From an uncultured Desulfosarcina sp. (GTDB lineage: Bacteria; Desulfobacterota; Desulfobacteria; Desulfobacterales; Desulfosarcinaceae): a stretch of DNA of 64,000 bases. Under the pieces are notes generated by a model. It was given only the letters and a program-made list of their open reading frames with translations, was not told the DNA's origin and did not search any database. Below, piece by piece: positions 60,541 through 64,000 of this stretch. Within the stretch, counting starts at the first letter, position 1; every line of letters begins with the position of its first letter. The translations under genes were made by a program, and so were the position numbers. The DNA is taken from the NCBI GenBank assembly GCA_963674945.2, contig CAXXWQ010000002.1:512001-576000 (forward strand), given 5' to 3'.

Positions 60541-61017
60541 TTACTGAAGGGCCGCCTTGAGGAGATTGGCGACTGTTTCTCCACCCTTCGACTGCGCGTA
60601 CTCCAAAACGATGGGAATATATTTGCCAACCATTTCAGTGCTAAGCCCCAGTTTCGAAAAGGCACCTGCCAAGTCGGTGAGGCTTCCCAGGGATCCACCT
60701 GCGGATTTCATCATGGAGGACAAGGCGCCGGTGGTTCCCGAACCTGAACCAGAGTCCATGGCGGGTGCGGCTTTCATGAGCGATAACGCTTCGGGAAGAG
60801 CATCGGTCACTTTTGCGAAGTCATCTTTGTTCATATTTTGAGACGCAGCGTTGAAGATGGCTCCTGCACCACCTTTTGCCTGCTCTGTCGTAACACCCAG
60901 GTCCTGGGTCAATAGACCCACCAATTCGGAATCGAAGCAATCAACAGATGCCTCTGGCCGTAACATTACACCAAACAAAAAAATGGAAAGCACAATCCAT
61001 CGTGCACGTGTTTTCAT
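60541..61017 (-). CDS. DUF2780-like exported protein
   Basis: Signal peptide; LGVTTEQAKGGAGAIF, FSKLGL, YAQSKGG; AAGGAG RBS. Confidence 0.82.
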   Translation of the reverse strand: MKTRARWIVLSIFLFGVMLRPEASVDCFDSELVGLLTQDLGVTTEQAKGGAGAIFNAASQNMNKDDFAKVTDALPEALSLMKAAPAMDSGSGSGTTGALSSMMKSAGGSLGSLTDLAGAFSKLGLSTEMVGKYIPIVLEYAQSKGGETVANLLKAALQ

Positions 61018-61132
61018 AGTTTATCTCCTTACGGGATTGAGTGGAAGATCACGATCGGGATCGCAGGGTCAATCGAAAACCATATAAAATAAATCATCTT
61101 GTGGTATTGATCAAGGAAGCCGCTGTGCTTAC

Positions 61133-61309
61133 CTACAGTCCCGACTGGTTATGCTGCATGAGACCCCGGATACTTTGGGTGATCAACTCCAATTTGCGAA
61201 TGATTTCCATCCGGGCTTTGTTTTTCGACAATCTGTCGTCGGTGATCCGCTCACGGTATTGCATGGAGAGGTTCGACAACAGGTCGGCGATGGCGAGGTC
61301 TGATTCCAT
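61133..61309 (-). CDS. Small hypothetical protein (58 aa, not in the ORF track)
   Basis: Hand-translated MESDLAIADLLSNLSMQYRERITDDRLSKNKARMEIIRKLELITQSIRGLMQHNQSGL*; GGGAAG upstream. Confidence 0.5.
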   Translation of the reverse strand: MESDLAIADLLSNLSMQYRERITDDRLSKNKARMEIIRKLELITQSIRGLMQHNQSGL

Positions 61310-61560
61310 ATCAACTTCCCAAAGGCTCTGTTTGAAGGTTTTACAAGTGGATTACAATTGCTTGCCCTTGTGTCCGTCTTCGAATGCAACCGTTTATACA
61401 TCCGAATCAAACAATGATCAACCACCTGTTTCACGCATGGACGTCTTGATCCAATACGCATTCTCATGGGATTTGGAAGAACGCCATTTTGTGGAAGGAT
61501 TCAGGTATATGGTATCAGGGCAATGGGTTGCGACAGTGGGAATACTGCCGTCTTTGGCCT

Positions 61561-62148
61561 TTACACGATGAGGGTGAACCACACCCGGTTTTTTGCCAAC
61601 CGATCCATGAGGTTTTGACCGATTGTTGTCTCTTGCCCGTCGACGATCACTTTTCGGATGCCCGGGAGGAGATCATCGTTGTCATGATGTAAGATTCGGG
61701 AAAGATTCTGACCCTTGATTTCAACTCCTTTTTTGAGCAGATGAACACCCACCTCTTTGGCGACCATGTTAAACAGCTTGATGGTCACCCGGCCGTTTTT
61801 TTTCTCCATTTTGCCTGTCGCATCTGTTTGGACGGATATCCCCTTGCGAAACGTGGCGTACCGACCACCCTTGCGCATGGTGGCACCGAGAAGGCCCGGC
61901 ATGGCAGCACTCAAGGCGACGGTTGATCCATCTCTCACCACGGCCTCGTCCACATCGTCCACGGGACGAGAATCCAAAAAAAGGGTCTGGATCCGTTGGT
62001 CCAGGTACGCTTCGGAAAAACCCAACTGGCCGCATAAAAATGCCTTGAGGCTACAGCCGGTATCTGCCGGAATGACAACGCCTTTTTCCATCAGTGGAGT
62101 GAATTTGGATACGATATGGGCATCAACATGTAAAACGAGTCGGATCAT
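61561..62148 (-). CDS. Hypothetical protein downstream of aor (possible beta-grasp N-terminal domain)
   Basis: IQTLFLDSRPVDD...VRDGSTVALSAAMPG segment; start uncertain. Confidence 0.7.
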   Translation of the reverse strand: MIRLVLHVDAHIVSKFTPLMEKGVVIPADTGCSLKAFLCGQLGFSEAYLDQRIQTLFLDSRPVDDVDEAVVRDGSTVALSAAMPGLLGATMRKGGRYATFRKGISVQTDATGKMEKKNGRVTIKLFNMVAKEVGVHLLKKGVEIKGQNLSRILHHDNDDLLPGIRKVIVDGQETTIGQNLMDRLAKNRVWFTLIV

Positions 62149-62171
62149 GGGATTCTTCAGGGAAGACAAAC

Positions 62172-62195
62172 GGGGAGATCGTTTCGGATCTCCCC
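62172..62195 (-). terminator. Rho-independent terminator-like hairpin after aor
   Basis: Minus strand GGGGAGATC-CGAAAC-GATCTCCCC followed by GTTTGTCTT. Confidence 0.6.
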
Positions 62196-62270
62196 ATCTA
62201 TCGTATACATGTGTCGGTCAAAGAAACGGTCCGTGTCTATTCAGAAACAGGAATTTCTGAATGCGCACAA

Positions 62271-63998
62271 TCACCAGTTGTATAGCGTATCCAGCTCCTC
62301 TTCCGTAACGCCGAAGGTCACATCGTGGGGTGCCAGCTTTTCATTTTTGAAGTAGTCGGGGAGCCGATCGTCCTTGGCGGTGAAACCGGCGGCCAAGTTG
62401 AATTCTCTCTCGTTTTTCAATATGGATTTACCCAACTGTGTCACATCGTCTGCTGTCATTGGCTGGCCGGTGAAGGCGGATATCAGATCGATCAGTGCGT
62501 TGAAGGTTTCGGCCTGATCGAGGATGGCGAAGGCAATAAAGAGGCACATGCCGGTGGCATCGATGGCCGCGGTGGCGATCTGCAGGTTGCGCGACAGTTC
62601 CACCTGTCCTTCCGGTTTGAGGGCATCCACATTTCCGCCTACGCCCAACAGGTTGGTGGCCACGGCGTACCCGGCGGTGTGGTCGGCGCCCATCGTAGAT
62701 GTGGCGTAGGTGACGCCGATCCCCTGAACGGCACGGGGGTCATAGGCCGGCATTGATTGGCGTTTGACCACGGGAACCCGCTCCACACCGAAGACCTGAC
62801 CGGCTACGGCGGCACCATTCCCCAGGATTCTTCCCAAAGGCGTTCCGTCTCCTACTTCCTGAAGCAGCTTGATGGCGCCCGGACCATCACCAAACTTGGC
62901 CAAGCCTGCTTCCATGGCGACGCCGATGGTAGCACCCATTTCGATGGTGTCCAGCCCGAAATCGTCATCCATCCGATCCAATTGGGCGATCGTATCCAGA
63001 TCGTCGATGCCGCAATTGCCGCCATGAGCCCATACGGTTTCGTACTCGGGCTGCTTGGTAACGAAGTTTCCGTCTTTGTCGTAATAGGTGCCGGAGCAGC
63101 GGATAACGCAACCGCGATGGCAACCGTGGGTGGCCGACCCCTCGCCGCCGCGTTGATTTTCCAGGGCCGCCTGAGCCTCTCCCGAGATATTGGCAGCCCC
63201 TTCGAACTGGCCTCTCGAAAAGTTATGGGTGGGGTAGCCGCCGGCTTCGTTGACAACGTTTGTGAGAACATTGGTGCCATAGGCAGGAAGTCCCTCACCG
63301 GTGACCGGGTGTTTTCGCAGCCCTTCGGCAAAGGTCTTGTTGGCGGCCTTGAACTTTTCCGGGTCGGCGGGCGATCGTACCTTCATACCGTCGTCATCCA
63401 GAATGATGGCTTTGATGCCTTTTGCACCCATGACGGCACCGACGCCACCGCGACCGGCATGGCGGGTGGGACGTTGTTCCATATCCGTGAAGGCAACGGA
63501 GGCCGCTGACATCTTCATCTCACCGGCCTGGCCGATGGTGATGCAGGCGACCTTTTTTCCGTATTGGGCGGCGAGTTTCTCCACCGTCGCGTAGTTGCCC
63601 AATCCCTTGAGATCGTCTGCCGATTCGATCGAAACCCCGTCTTTGTTGATGAAGACTTTGTATAGGCCGTCACTTTTCGCCTCGCCCTCGAGGATGATGG
63701 CGGCATATCCCAGCCTGCCCAATACCTGTGCGCCCTGGCCACCGGAATTGGCTTCCTTGATCCCACCGGTAAGCGGGCTCTTGCAGCCCACACTCACCCG
63801 GCCTGAAATGGCTGCCGCCGAACCGCTGAGCAAACCCGGTGCGATGACCAACTTGTTTTTTGCGCCCAATGGATGGCAGGTCGGCGGAACCTCCTTGACC
63901 ACGACGGCCGAAGTCATGGCACGGCCACCCAATCCTGCATATGCACCAAGATCTTCGGTTTTTGCTGCCGGTCCCCCGGGTGCCCCAACATCAATTCG
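62271..63998 (-). CDS. aor: Aldehyde:ferredoxin oxidoreductase (W-dependent AOR family), start outside window
   Basis: KSPLTGGIKEANSGG, AGRGGVGAVMGAK, GCHRGCVIRC, PEYET, GLDTIE, AYDPR, GADH, GMC, DDRLP. Confidence 0.93.
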   Translation of the reverse strand, partial: RIDVGAPGGPAAKTEDLGAYAGLGGRAMTSAVVVKEVPPTCHPLGAKNKLVIAPGLLSGSAAAISGRVSVGCKSPLTGGIKEANSGGQGAQVLGRLGYAAIILEGEAKSDGLYKVFINKDGVSIESADDLKGLGNYATVEKLAAQYGKKVACITIGQAGEMKMSAASVAFTDMEQRPTRHAGRGGVGAVMGAKGIKAIILDDDGMKVRSPADPEKFKAANKTFAEGLRKHPVTGEGLPAYGTNVLTNVVNEAGGYPTHNFSRGQFEGAANISGEAQAALENQRGGEGSATHGCHRGCVIRCSGTYYDKDGNFVTKQPEYETVWAHGGNCGIDDLDTIAQLDRMDDDFGLDTIEMGATIGVAMEAGLAKFGDGPGAIKLLQEVGDGTPLGRILGNGAAVAGQVFGVERVPVVKRQSMPAYDPRAVQGIGVTYATSTMGADHTAGYAVATNLLGVGGNVDALKPEGQVELSRNLQIATAAIDATGMCLFIAFAILDQAETFNALIDLISAFTGQPMTADDVTQLGKSILKNEREFNLAAGFTAKDDRLPDYFKNEKLAPHDVTFGVTEEELDTLYNW

Positions 63999-64000
63999 TA

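Overview
Mostly core chromosome of a GC-rich anaerobic deltaproteobacterium. Gene content suggests Desulfobacterales/Desulfosarcina-like (inference). Housekeeping genes: rnj (partial), ftsK, comEC, hrpA, speD-speE-ornithine decarboxylase, TAXI-TRAP transporter, a short rho paralog, rlmN, the ffh-rpsP-khpA-rimM-trmD-rplS-rnhB-yraN-rsmI operon, class II nrdJ and aor (partial). Accessory items: an intact DDE IS (9830-11540, imperfect TIRs, 9-bp TSD GTGAAATGC), a NuoEFG/HydBC-like flavin/Fe-S module with no catalytic subunit preceded by two cNMP-binding proteins, an Ig-repeat secreted protein and an AlgI/AlgX-like pair. The most striking unannotated signal is a dense set of intergenic palindromic repeats. 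One superfamily of ~125-195 bp keeps the same internal-loop motifs and hairpin architecture across three different terminal inverted repeats. A second family always sits 5' of genes in sense orientation. A third, heptamer-based family carries a nested insertion and supplies the 3' end of a CDS. A compact four-way-junction structure lies upstream of nrdJ. No rRNA, tRNA or CRISPR array was recognised.
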